A stretch of 64,000 nt of DNA from Oceanispirochaeta sp. (lineage in GTDB: Bacteria > Spirochaetota > Spirochaetia > DSM-2461), in the NCBI GenBank assembly GCA_963666275.2, contig CAXXOA010000002.1, positions 640,001 through 704,000 on the forward strand, in the 5' to 3' direction. Within the stretch, counting starts at the first letter, position 1. Each line of letters begins with the position of its first letter. A program made the position numbers and the translations under genes. The notes beneath the pieces are model-generated. The model had not been told where the DNA came from and made no database searches. It was given only the letters and a program-made list of their open reading frames with translations. Below, one piece after another: positions 1 through 8,805 of the stretch.

Positions 1-352
1 CAACACTGATGGAGTTTTGAATTTTATCCCGAAACTTCGTCCTGATATTCTGATCAATGGGTACCGGTCTCTCATGAAAAGAATCTACTCCCCAAAGTTG
101 TTTTTCGAGAGGATCCGGGTTTTTCTTGAAGAGTACAGGGTTCCATACGAAACTATTAATATCAGTCCTTTTGCCGGCATCCGTTCATTTTTTCTGGTGC
201 TTCTCAAACTTGGAGTCATGAAAAGGGACGGGAAGTTCTATTTCTGGAAATTATTCTGGTATACGCTGTTCAACTGTCCTGAAAAGCTGAGGATGGCCCT
301 TACCTTTGCCGTATACGGCTATCATTTTCAGAGAGTGGCCGAATCGATCTGA
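1..352 (+). CDS. C-terminal end of a B12-binding radical SAM protein (DUF4070-like tail); 5' part outside window
   Basis: NFIPK...GYR.LMKRIYSP...FWKL...A..GYHF tail is typical of this family; the frame appears to run in from the window edge. Confidence 0.65.
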   Translation, partial: NTDGVLNFIPKLRPDILINGYRSLMKRIYSPKLFFERIRVFLEEYRVPYETINISPFAGIRSFFLVLLKLGVMKRDGKFYFWKLFWYTLFNCPEKLRMALTFAVYGYHFQRVAESI

Positions 353-411
353 CGGAGAATTTCTGCAAAAGGTCTGAAAGGGATGAGAGATTTATCAATA
401 GAGGTGTCAGT

Positions 412-660
412 ATGAGTGAAAAAAAAGAAAATCGATTGAGGGAATTTCTAAGTGAAAAACCTGTCTGGGTCTGGCTGCTGGTATATCTTGCTCTGACAGG
501 TATTTTATTCGGTCTTTTCAATTTGATTTTGTACCTGCTAGGTATTGTTCCTTGGATAGGAGTGATGGTATTGGTTGGTACCGGACTGTTGTGGGGAATG
601 ATTCAGTATTCCCGATTCCATAAAAAGGGTCAGACTGAAGAAAACACTGAGATAACTTAG
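412..660 (+). CDS. small membrane protein (2 TM)
   Basis: 82 aa with two hydrophobic stretches; GAGGTG RBS upstream. Confidence 0.6.
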   Translation: MSEKKENRLREFLSEKPVWVWLLVYLALTGILFGLFNLILYLLGIVPWIGVMVLVGTGLLWGMIQYSRFHKKGQTEENTEIT

Positions 661-829
661 ATCTTTGCAAATTGATGACAAAGTGTTCTTTTAGAGAATA
701 CATCTCTGACGCCAATACCGACGCCTTTATTATACAAACCTAGAAGCATTATATGGAAAACTTACTACATAACAGCTTCTTATGCGGTACGATACAGCCC
801 TATACGTACTGCATAAGGACACTGTACAA

Positions 830-850
830 GTTCAAGTCCTAGTGGGCCCA
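830..850 (+). other. tRNA 3'-end fragment (T-loop to discriminator), putative att core; not an intact tRNA
   Basis: GTTCAAGTC-CTAG-TGGGCCC-A fits tRNA positions 53-73; no D-arm or anticodon arm upstream. Confidence 0.75.
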
Positions 851-853
851 CTT

Positions 854-883
854 TAGCTCCTCTTTTTGAGGGGCTATTTTTTT
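854..883 (+). terminator. intrinsic terminator after att core
   Basis: TAGCTCCTC-TTTTT-GAGGGGCTA followed by a T run. Confidence 0.75.
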
Positions 884-1016
884 GTCTAAACCCTTTCGGG
901 GATAGGGGTTAAGCTGTATGAGGTAAAACGGCCGTCTGCTTCTGAAAGGGGACTGACGCCAGTATTGATGCCTTTTGGAAATTCTTCCGGTCCTGGAATG
1001 GTGAAGGATTTCGTTA

Positions 1017-1313
1017 TTAATCAGGAAAAGTTTCAATATACCCAAGAGGATCATTTATACCGCAATAATCTCCGTCATTAAAACAAATCTCAGATAAAGT
1101 GCCATCTGCCGGAGATAAAACTTCAAAGATGATTTTTTCCACTTCTCCTTCGAAAAGAACATCTCTTTTCTTAACAGTATCGCCTTGTTTAGCAACTGGA
1201 TGGAGTATTGCAACTTTGAATTCCATATTGAGCTCTGTTTTTCGGCAATCACAAACTGATTCGTTTTGATTGACATAGAGGGGTAAGTAAATCGGAATGC
1301 GTTCTTTATCCAT
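1017..1313 (-). CDS. stand-alone biotinyl/lipoyl-attachment domain protein
   Basis: GDTVKKRDVLFEGEVEKIIFEVLSPADGTL...GD matches the lipoyl-domain pattern; GAGGAG RBS before MDKER. Confidence 0.6.
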   Translation of the reverse strand: MDKERIPIYLPLYVNQNESVCDCRKTELNMEFKVAILHPVAKQGDTVKKRDVLFEGEVEKIIFEVLSPADGTLSEICFNDGDYCGINDPLGYIETFPD

Positions 1314-1899
1314 TATGATTCTCCTCATAATAGGGACAGGCTGCCCTTAAACATTCATTGTTACGTTCGTGATTACTGCACTGAATATTACTTGAAAATT
1401 GAATGTCCAGTCCCAATTGTTCTCTGACGAATGGAAGCGTTTTCTCAATTGTCAGATAACTGACTCTTTTACAACATCGCGGTCCACCTGATTCAGAGAT
1501 AGATTCCAGGCAAATGCTTGTCAGTTTGTTTGCCATTCCCCATGTTTTAACAGATAAAGGAGTTGTATCAGTTAAAATCGCAAGAAATAATCCACCTCCG
1601 ATTCCGGCACCACATGCTCCATAATAGCCGCAAAAGCCCGGTAAAAGATTTCTTCCCCTCGTTTCAGCTATCTGTAGACTCTCTTCAAGTACTGCTCTTG
1701 AATCATTTCTTAGAGTTCTGTAAACAGTCAGGAGAACTGCAGGTACTAAGACGTGATGTTCCGGGCAATGCATTGGAAAATCCTGGCAATCCCAAATGGT
1801 CTGTATCAGCTCAATGGGATCTGTTAGATTCATATCGTATGCTTTCAAACAAATATCTTTAATTTTAGTAAATAATTTCTCATCTAATGTATACGCCAT
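1306..1899 (-). CDS. DUF5714-like Cys-rich protein
   Basis: PMHCPEHH, GFCGYYGACGAG, GGPRCCKR and terminal C..N.EC....CPY motifs. Confidence 0.75.
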   Translation of the reverse strand: MAYTLDEKLFTKIKDICLKAYDMNLTDPIELIQTIWDCQDFPMHCPEHHVLVPAVLLTVYRTLRNDSRAVLEESLQIAETRGRNLLPGFCGYYGACGAGIGGGLFLAILTDTTPLSVKTWGMANKLTSICLESISESGGPRCCKRVSYLTIEKTLPFVREQLGLDIQFSSNIQCSNHERNNECLRAACPYYEENHNG

Positions 1900-2105
1900 G
1901 ATTTCACCTTTTCTGTTTTTTATTAAACACCAATAAAAGAATCTTATATTGTAATTCTTCTATGATTATTGTACATAAATCTCACCAGTCGCAGTTTGAT
2001 GAGGAATTTCAAACATCTTAGAATTCATTAAACATAAATAAGTATATGCCCATAATATATGTTAAACTTTCTTTATTAGATCAGAATAAAGGAGTCTCAT
2101 GGATT

Positions 2106-2774
2106 ATGAAAAAATATGTTTGTTCAATCTGTGGTTATATCTATGCTGAAGCATACGGGTATCCAGAAGGAAATATTTCACCTGGTACGAAATGGGCTGA
2201 TGTTCCATCCTCATTTGTTTGTCCCTTGTGTGGTGCTTCAAAGTCGGAGTTTAACGAACAGGAAGAGGAATCCTCTAAACCTGCTGATTCAACATCGGGA
2301 ACACTCTCTCTACCGGATGATATCAGCTATACCTCCGCAGAACTTTCTACCCTTTTTTCAAATTTGGCAAAAGGCTCTGAGAAACAATATAAACCTGAAA
2401 TGGCTGCCCTCTATAATGAGTTGGCATCTTATTACAGTCTGAAGTCAGATAAAGTCAATAATCCTGATTTCGAGACTGTAAAAACTCTGTTGCAAACAGA
2501 TTTATCATCACATTTTGCTTTAGCTAATGAAGTTGCCGGAAAGAATCATGATCGAGGGGCTCTGAGGGCTTTGAAATGGGGAGAACAGGTTTCCCGGATG
2601 ATCAATTCCCATCTAAATAAGGTTGAATCCGGTTCTGCTGATTTTCTAAAAGAGACAAACGTCTATGTCTGTGATATCTGCGGATTTATCTTTGTGGGCG
2701 ATGAGAAACCGGAAATCTGCCCGGTCTGTAAGGTTCCGAGCATGAAGATGACACAGGTCAGAAGGAGCGCTTGA
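2106..2774 (+). CDS. rubredoxin-domain protein (N- and C-terminal rubredoxin-like domains)
   Basis: KKYVCSICGYIY...GTKW...CPLCG and C-terminal YVCDICG...CPVC; paralogue at 56649. Confidence 0.85.
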   Translation: MKKYVCSICGYIYAEAYGYPEGNISPGTKWADVPSSFVCPLCGASKSEFNEQEEESSKPADSTSGTLSLPDDISYTSAELSTLFSNLAKGSEKQYKPEMAALYNELASYYSLKSDKVNNPDFETVKTLLQTDLSSHFALANEVAGKNHDRGALRALKWGEQVSRMINSHLNKVESGSADFLKETNVYVCDICGFIFVGDEKPEICPVCKVPSMKMTQVRRSA

Positions 2775-2775
2775 T

Positions 2776-3771
2776 ATGTATGCAGTAAGAAATATCCGGT
2801 TATGTACAAAAGATTGTCTCTGCCTTTATGTTTGTCCTACAGGTGCAACAGATACAGAAACTGGTCAGATTGATGCAGAAACCTGTATAAGTGGATGCCG
2901 TTTGTGTGTGGATGCCTGTCCTTCTCATGCAATATCTCTAGTTCCCGAGGAATTCCCAAAGCAGCAAAGTAAGACAGATGATGTAAAGAAAGCATTGAAG
3001 ATTTTATCAGAGAGCAAAACAAAACAGGAAATTCTTGCTTTCTCACTGGAACAGCTATCGGACGATCCCCTGATTAAACAAATGTCTATGGCTATTGGAA
3101 TGTCCAATCGCATAATGGCTGAAGACTTACTCCGGGAAGCAGGTTTCATGCTTCCTCAAAGTGATGAAATAAAAGAGTTACTTATGAAGTTATCAGCTGA
3201 AAGTTCGGAGAATGATTTTCCAAAAGAAAAGGTGAAAAAACTTATAGATATTTTAAATACAAACATTAGAGAGGAGAAGAACATGTCCAAAACCACTGAC
3301 AATTTAATGGAAGCCTTTGCAGGAGAGTCCCAGGCAAACAGAAAGTATCTTGCCTTCGCCAAAAAAGCTGAGCAGGAAGGGCATTTGAATGCAGCAAAGC
3401 TGTTCAGAGCTGCTTCTGATGCCGAGACCATTCACGCTCTTAAGCATTTTGAAGTAACGGGTAAAATTGGTTCCACCCTGGAGAATCTGAAATCGGGAGT
3501 AGAGGGAGAAACCCACGAATACAAAGAAATGTATCCTCCCTTTGTAGAGCAGGCTGAGGCAGAAGGCAACAAAGCGGCAGTCAGAACCTTTACCTTTGCC
3601 ATGAAAGCGGAAGAGGTTCATGCCGGATTGTATCAAGAAGCCATGGATAATCTGGATAATCAGGAAGAGGTTTTCTATTATCTGTGTCCTGTTTGCGGAA
3701 ATATTGAAAAGTTTGTTCCGGGCAAATGCCCGATCTGCGGTGTTCCCGGGGAAAAATTCATCAAGTATTAG
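2776..3771 (+). CDS. 4Fe-4S ferredoxin-domain protein fused in frame to rubrerythrin (internal ATG at 3283)
   Basis: CTKDCLCLYVCPTGA and CISGCRLCVDACP; then NLMEAFAGESQANRKY...ETIHA...EEVHA...CPVCG..CPICG. Confidence 0.85.
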   Translation: MYAVRNIRLCTKDCLCLYVCPTGATDTETGQIDAETCISGCRLCVDACPSHAISLVPEEFPKQQSKTDDVKKALKILSESKTKQEILAFSLEQLSDDPLIKQMSMAIGMSNRIMAEDLLREAGFMLPQSDEIKELLMKLSAESSENDFPKEKVKKLIDILNTNIREEKNMSKTTDNLMEAFAGESQANRKYLAFAKKAEQEGHLNAAKLFRAASDAETIHALKHFEVTGKIGSTLENLKSGVEGETHEYKEMYPPFVEQAEAEGNKAAVRTFTFAMKAEEVHAGLYQEAMDNLDNQEEVFYYLCPVCGNIEKFVPGKCPICGVPGEKFIKY

Positions 3772-3791
3772 ATCATTTTTAGTATTACAAT

Positions 3792-3822
3792 AAGAAGCGT
3801 CCAAATGGGCGTTTCTTTGTTT
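3792..3822 (+). terminator. probable intrinsic terminator
   Basis: AAGAAGCGTCC-AAAT-GGGCGTTTCTT with a T-rich tail, just after the rubrerythrin stop. Confidence 0.55.
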
Positions 3823-3863
3823 ATAAGTCGACTTTTAACAGATAAATAATATAAGAAAATCTA

Positions 3864-4140
3864 GAATCCTACTCGATCCCAACCAGTCCCATCATCGGAA
3901 CAGAATGTAGCAATCTTGCCAGATTAAACCGCCTGTTCACCAGACGAACGCATAATGAAATCCATGTTCATGTGGTGAATTGCACGTTCATGACGTGAAC
4001 GCCGGTGTTCACCTGGTGAACCGATATATATAGATATAAATAATCTTATAAATATAATACTACTATAGGAATTATCGATTCATATTTCTTGCAGAGAGAT
4101 TAAGGCTCTGCACTATCATCGGGACTAATTATGAAATCTT
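3864..4140 (+). repeat. Module B copy 1: origin-like repeat (5' box, 4 palindromes, AT-rich tract)
   Basis: CCAGTCCCATCATCGGAAC box; palindromes at 3935, 3966, 3986, 4007; AT-rich 4024-4068; repeated at 10452 and 31012. Confidence 0.85.
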
Positions 4141-4222
4141 TCGCAATAATCAAATAGGCTTTATTTTGTTTTTCTTAAAACTAAGTCATGTTAAAATGAA
4201 ATGGTCTCAGACAAGGTGAAGA

Positions 4223-4948
4223 ATGGCTATATCAACAAAAACTAGAAGAAAGTTGTGGAGTTTCTCAGGACAGTTGTGTGCATGGTGCAAAAAGCCTCTG
4301 GTTCATGATATCTCAGATGATACTTTTTCTATTATAGGTGATGAGTGTCATATTCATTCTGGTCAGAAAGGTGGTCCAAGGTATGATTCATCATTCCCAC
4401 AGGAAAAGATTGATGGGTTTTCAAATCTAATTCTCTTATGTAAAGCTCATCACAAAATTGTTGATGACAATCCAGAAGTATATACAGCTGTCACTTTGAA
4501 AAAAATGAAAAAAGAACATGAGGAGTTTGTAAAAAAGAAATTAATCGTTAAAACAGAAGAACGTGCTAAATATCTTTCTAGGCTTACTTCAGGGGCAGAT
4601 ATACTAAATGTGATTTCGAATATTTTACAGTTTGGATTCTATACAGATGAACCTGAAAATCATGCGGAAACAGAATTGTTAAGCCGGTTCATTGAAACTG
4701 TTAATAATTATAGCGACATCTATTCGAGCATTGAATCAGGAAGACTAATCGAAGTCGGATATGGTTTGTCCCAAATGTTAAAGGAAGTTGAAGATGCTGG
4801 GTTTTGGGTCTTTGGAATTCGAGAAAATCAGACACCTCAATATCAGGGCATGGAAAATGAAAAGTGGCCTACAGGTATAATACAGATTTATAGATCTAAT
4901 AATCCATCAATAATTAGAGCTGACTCTGCATTTGAGGGATCTGATTAA
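4223..4948 (+). CDS. HNH endonuclease-domain protein (defence-effector type)
   Basis: CAWC...IGDECHIHSGQKGGPRY...NLILLCKAHHKIVD zinc-binding HNH motif. Confidence 0.85.
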   Translation: MAISTKTRRKLWSFSGQLCAWCKKPLVHDISDDTFSIIGDECHIHSGQKGGPRYDSSFPQEKIDGFSNLILLCKAHHKIVDDNPEVYTAVTLKKMKKEHEEFVKKKLIVKTEERAKYLSRLTSGADILNVISNILQFGFYTDEPENHAETELLSRFIETVNNYSDIYSSIESGRLIEVGYGLSQMLKEVEDAGFWVFGIRENQTPQYQGMENEKWPTGIIQIYRSNNPSIIRADSAFEGSD

Positions 4949-4981
4949 GACTATTAGATATTTATTTAATAGGAGAATATT

Positions 4982-5197
4982 GTGGAAGATTATAAAGGCT
5001 GCCGATATGATGTTCAGGTTTATGAGCTTAAGAACAACCAAGGGTATAGTGGGTCTGTTCGTGTTCTTTATGAATCGGGAGAAGGTCCTATAACACAGGA
5101 ACTCTTCACTCAGGAAAAAATAATTTCAACAGCTTTCAATGAAGTTCATACACGTCTTTCCAATATGGCAAAAGGTTGGATTGATAAAAACTTTTAG
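4982..5197 (+). CDS. small hypothetical protein
   Basis: AGGAG RBS with GTG start; co-oriented within the cluster. Confidence 0.55.
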   Translation: MEDYKGCRYDVQVYELKNNQGYSGSVRVLYESGEGPITQELFTQEKIISTAFNEVHTRLSNMAKGWIDKNF

Positions 5198-5303
5198 TAC
5201 TATGATTTAATAGATATACAATAAAAGTTTAGGAGGAAAAGAGAATTGAATCTTCAATGATAATGAAGATATTTCTCAAATATGCACTTAATAAGGAGAA
5301 GTT

Positions 5304-6371
5304 TTGGCAGATACAATTGAAAAAAAACAGGCTAAATCTGGTAATGTCAGCTATGGTGATTCCGTTGTACTGTATGAATCATCCAAAAGTCGAATTGTAT
5401 TTGTTCCTTTTTTCATTCCTCATACTGATTCACAGGGGCTAGCAGGTAAAATAATTACTTATCGGAAAGAGAGAATAATGGGTTTGATTCCAATTGAAGA
5501 TAAGTCAATTTCATTAAATGAGACATCCTTAATAAAGCTATTGGAAGAGCTTAAATCCCATTATGCAGTAACAGAGAAAGGAGATGGCGAATACATAATT
5601 CTTAAAATTGGAGAAGGTATTACAGATAATCAGAATCATGCTCCTTCTCAAATTGCAGAGGCACTGACCAGTGCTTTATCTCAAAAGGATATTCTATCAT
5701 CCATAACCCCTTCATCAATATCTGATGAGATTGGCAGTGTTTTCAAAGGTGCGATAAAGATTAAGGAGATGGAGAAAGCCGTATCCAATCTAAGATTCTT
5801 GCTTGACTCTGGGGACACTAAGGAATCGACATATCAGCGATGGTGTGAAAACCATTCTTGGGCATTTGGAAATTCATACATATTGGATGAGGAAGATATT
5901 CGAACAATTAGCCCTCATGATCAGTTAGACATTTTGCTTTCAAATGTTATCGCTGGTTTTCGGGATGTAATAGAGTTGAAAAGACCGGATCTGGATATTT
6001 TGAGATATGATGATGCACATAGAAATTTTTATTTTTCATCAGAAGTCTCTAAAGCAATTGGTCAGTGCCATAGGTACCTGGATATACTTCAGGAATCAGC
6101 TCTTCGCGGTCTAAGAGATCATCCTGAGATTGTTGCTTATCATCCAAGAGCAATAATCGTAATTGGTCGATCAATGGATTGGACTGAAGAAATGCATCGG
6201 GGGTTGCATGGTCTAAATGCAAGATTGAATGGAATAAATATAATGACATATGATCATCTACTAGCTCAAGGAGAAAGATTATTATCTTTGTTTACAACAG
6301 GTTCAGATGATAGTGAGGTCGTTAATGTTGTTTCACCTGTTGAAGATGATGACCTAGATATCGGTTTTTAA
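5304..6371 (+). CDS. sduA: Shedu-family (DUF4263) anti-phage nuclease
   Basis: ES.YQ.W...W.FG, D...IELKRP, KAIGQCHRY (QxxxY), PRAIIVIGRS and IMTYDHLL motifs of DUF4263. Confidence 0.8.
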   Translation: MADTIEKKQAKSGNVSYGDSVVLYESSKSRIVFVPFFIPHTDSQGLAGKIITYRKERIMGLIPIEDKSISLNETSLIKLLEELKSHYAVTEKGDGEYIILKIGEGITDNQNHAPSQIAEALTSALSQKDILSSITPSSISDEIGSVFKGAIKIKEMEKAVSNLRFLLDSGDTKESTYQRWCENHSWAFGNSYILDEEDIRTISPHDQLDILLSNVIAGFRDVIELKRPDLDILRYDDAHRNFYFSSEVSKAIGQCHRYLDILQESALRGLRDHPEIVAYHPRAIIVIGRSMDWTEEMHRGLHGLNARLNGINIMTYDHLLAQGERLLSLFTTGSDDSEVVNVVSPVEDDDLDIGF

Positions 6372-6373
6372 CA

Positions 6374-7144
6374 ATGAGCATAGAGAAGAGTTTAGAACGG
6401 TATTCAAATTCTGCATATATTAGGGCTGTTGTTACGGCTATTCCATATATCGGAAGTGCATTAGATATTCTACTTTATGAGAAGGGAAGCAAATGGAGGC
6501 AAGAGAGATTTAATCAAATGATAGAAGCTCTATCTAATGAGATTGAAGAGCTTGGAATTGCTAGCGATGAAATTATCGAATCTCTTAATGCGAAAATAGA
6601 TTCAGAAGAGTTTTATGACCTATTCATTCAAGCCTCACAAAATGCAACAAAGGAAAAATCAGAAGAGAAAATAGCAACGATTTCACATATCTTAGCGGGT
6701 TATTCAAGTGGGGAAATAAATGAAGTTGATGAGGCTTCTCTTTTACTGGATTTGGTTTCTGAAATCTCTGCTTATTCATGTAAGTGGTTATCAAAGCTGT
6801 CACAGAACCAGATTCCAGATTATTATAAAATTAAAGGAAAATATGTAGTGTGGGAGGATTATGAGAAATTCTTGATAAGTAACTATCTAGATATAAGGAA
6901 AGAAAAGAGCATTCCGCCCGAATATACAATATCTGACTTGCAGATTTATTCTTTTCAACGATTAGAAGATCTTCATCTGATTAGAAAAACAGAGATAAAT
7001 ACTTATAGTGGTGGTAAGATCAGTTATATCCTGAAAAGACCTTCACAATCATCAACAATTCACTTTACATATGAGGAAAAGATTTCTTATCAAATTGATA
7101 GCCTTGGTCACTTATTCATTGAATGGATTAAAGATCAATTCTAA
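6374..7144 (+). CDS. hypothetical protein, possibly DUF4393/Abi-alpha-like
   Basis: IPYIGSAL...R......L...EEFYDLF...EEK N-terminus is common in defence-island proteins; starts 2 bp after sduA. Confidence 0.5.
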   Translation: MSIEKSLERYSNSAYIRAVVTAIPYIGSALDILLYEKGSKWRQERFNQMIEALSNEIEELGIASDEIIESLNAKIDSEEFYDLFIQASQNATKEKSEEKIATISHILAGYSSGEINEVDEASLLLDLVSEISAYSCKWLSKLSQNQIPDYYKIKGKYVVWEDYEKFLISNYLDIRKEKSIPPEYTISDLQIYSFQRLEDLHLIRKTEINTYSGGKISYILKRPSQSSTIHFTYEEKISYQIDSLGHLFIEWIKDQF

Positions 7145-7218
7145 AAGATTAATGATGTAATTCCCCCCGCTCCCAGAAAGCATAGTTAGTAATAAAATGC
7201 ACCAAAGGAGCGGAACCC

Positions 7219-7673
7219 ATGGGCCGTCATAAACTACCCTACAAAATGAAAAGCCAAACCAGCATCACAGGTTCTGGCGATACGTTTTGTCAAATGATCC
7301 ACACAGATCAGAAATATCCACCAAAACCAGAGTCAAATATGAAGCCGAGAGAATAGCCAAAGAGGCTTATCAGCTATCCATTCAGGAAGCAGATAAGGTC
7401 ATCTCATTTGCAGAATACAGCAAGGACTTCTTTACCGAGAAATGCAAACTGACTTTAAGAAGACAGGCTTCCAACAAACCGATATCACCGGAGATTCTGA
7501 AAGCCAAAAGAGGGCAGCTGCTGAACCATCTGCAACCTCAGTTTGGTTCTCTGCCTCTGAATGTGATTACCCAGGTGATGTATGAAGACTGGAGGATGCG
7601 AATAGGCCTTTGGCTTCTTAGCAAACACCGCATAAGAACTATTATGAAGTATGAAAACATTCCTTTTATGTAG
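7219..7673 (+). pseudogene. Module C copy 1: N-terminal half of a tyrosine integrase, frameshifted
   Basis: near-identical to 12012-12416 but reads ATGAAAAGCCA instead of ATGAAGAAGCCA (1-bp deletion near 7251); no catalytic domain. Confidence 0.75.
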
Positions 7674-7676
7674 TAC
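7625..7676. other. dif-like recombination site plus extra half-site
   Basis: ACACCGCATAA-GAACTA-TTATGAAGTAT, then TTATGTAGTAC 24 bp after the first TTATG. Confidence 0.5.
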
Positions 7677-7732
7677 AAGAAGTTAGGATCCTTTCTGTTG
7701 TTTTTACATCATAAAAGATGTATTCTATTCTT

Positions 7733-8083
7733 ATGGAGAAGCAATGGGACATTGAGTTTTATTCTGATCACGATGGAAATTGCGAAGTCGCTGAATGGAT
7801 TATGAAGCTCAAAGTATCCCAGAGGAACAAGGTAATTGCCTGGATTGATAAGCTTCAGGAGATGGGGCCGCTATTGCCACGTCCCTATGCAGATCTTCTT
7901 TTGGATGGAATACATGAATTGAGAATGAAGGTTTCTGGAAATCAGGTTCGGATTCTCTATTTCTTTGTATTTGAAAACAGGATAGTCCTTACCCATCCCT
8001 TCTACAAGCACGTTTTGAAATTGCCTGAGAAAGAGATTCAGAAAGCTATTCAAATCCGGGAAGATTATATGAGGAGGAATTAA
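7733..8083 (+). CDS. RelE/HigB-like (Gp49/DUF891) type II toxin
   Basis: IDKLQEMGPLLPRPYADLL.DGIHELR......RILYFF...IVLTH.F.K. Confidence 0.85.
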   Translation: MEKQWDIEFYSDHDGNCEVAEWIMKLKVSQRNKVIAWIDKLQEMGPLLPRPYADLLLDGIHELRMKVSGNQVRILYFFVFENRIVLTHPFYKHVLKLPEKEIQKAIQIREDYMRRN

Positions 8084-8085
8084 AG

Positions 8086-8364
8086 ATGAACTATTCAGAT
8101 TTTAAGGATACTCTTCGTAAAGATGATCCTGACTTTGACAGCCGTGTCAAAGCGGAAAAACTGAGAGTAGATCTGGCCGTTGCTATTGCAAAGAAGCGGG
8201 AAGCAGAAGGGTTTTCCCAGAATGTGATAGCCTCTCTAGCTCATTTGACTCAGCAGCAGGTAAGCAAGATCGAGAATGGCGAGAATTGTAATATCGATAC
8301 TTACTTCAAAGCGATGGCCGCTTTGGGTATGAATTTCAATGATCTTGTAGTCGCCGAAAACTGA
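8086..8364 (+). CDS. XRE-family HTH antitoxin (HigA-like)
   Basis: REAEGFSQ..IA......QQQVSKIENG HTH; directly follows the toxin. Confidence 0.85.
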   Translation: MNYSDFKDTLRKDDPDFDSRVKAEKLRVDLAVAIAKKREAEGFSQNVIASLAHLTQQQVSKIENGENCNIDTYFKAMAALGMNFNDLVVAEN

Positions 8365-8765
8365 CGCCAATATTATACGAGCCCAGTAGGTTTATAAGCT
8401 TCGCGTGATTCAGTGGGATTATTATATAAGCTAGAATGAATTATGGAAAACTTACTACATAAGCGCTTCTTATGCGGTAGGATACAGCCCTATCTGTACT
8501 GCATAAGGACACTGTACAAGTTCAAGTCCTGCCTGGTCGCAAGCTTTGCTTGCTGCTCGGCCCTGCATCCTGAGTGGGCCCACTAAGCACTCCATTTCTG
8601 GAGTGCTTTTTTTGTACCTAAACGACTATAATGCATGGATTTAGGCTGGTTGGGGTAAAACGAGTGTCTGCTTCTGAAAGGGGACTGACGCCAGTATCGA
8701 CGCCTTTTGAAATGTGATTGCCTTTATTCTGACGTCAGGATGGTGGCTGGAATGGAGAAGATTTC
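8361..8765 (+). repeat. Module A copy 2 (att core interrupted by a 42-bp insertion)
   Basis: half-sites 8452-8506; GTTCAAGTCCT 8520-8530 and AGTGGGCCCA 8573-8582; terminator 8585-8613; arm repeats 8685-8704. Confidence 0.9.
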
Positions 8766-8805
8766 TATATTAGGAGAGAATTATTGTTCATTCTCTCTAG
8801 GTAGT

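Larger units (their letters stand above)
706..1012 (+). repeat. Module A copy 1: attP-like junction (arm repeats, half-sites, tRNA 3'-end core, terminator, arm repeats)
   Basis: CTGACGCC/CCGACGCC 706-725; half-sites 762-816; core 830-850; hairpin 854-883; CTGACGCC/TTGATGCC 953-972; closely matches 8361-8765 and 13151-13457. Confidence 0.9.

Noticed and set aside
770..850. Intact tRNA gene
   Set aside because: Only the T-loop and 3' acceptor strand are present; the 5' T-stem strand does not pair and there is no D-arm or anticodon arm. The same holds at 8520 and 13275.
839..1054. Short ORFs over module A (also 13407-13592, 32337-32582, 53156-53377)
   Set aside because: They overlap non-coding repeats and the frames are not conserved between repeat copies.
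3935..4021. CRISPR array or LexA boxes
   Set aside because: Units are 15 bp with 5-16 bp spacers that are conserved between copies, and no cas genes are present. Geometry fits neither GAAC-N4-GTTC nor GTTC-N7-GTTC.
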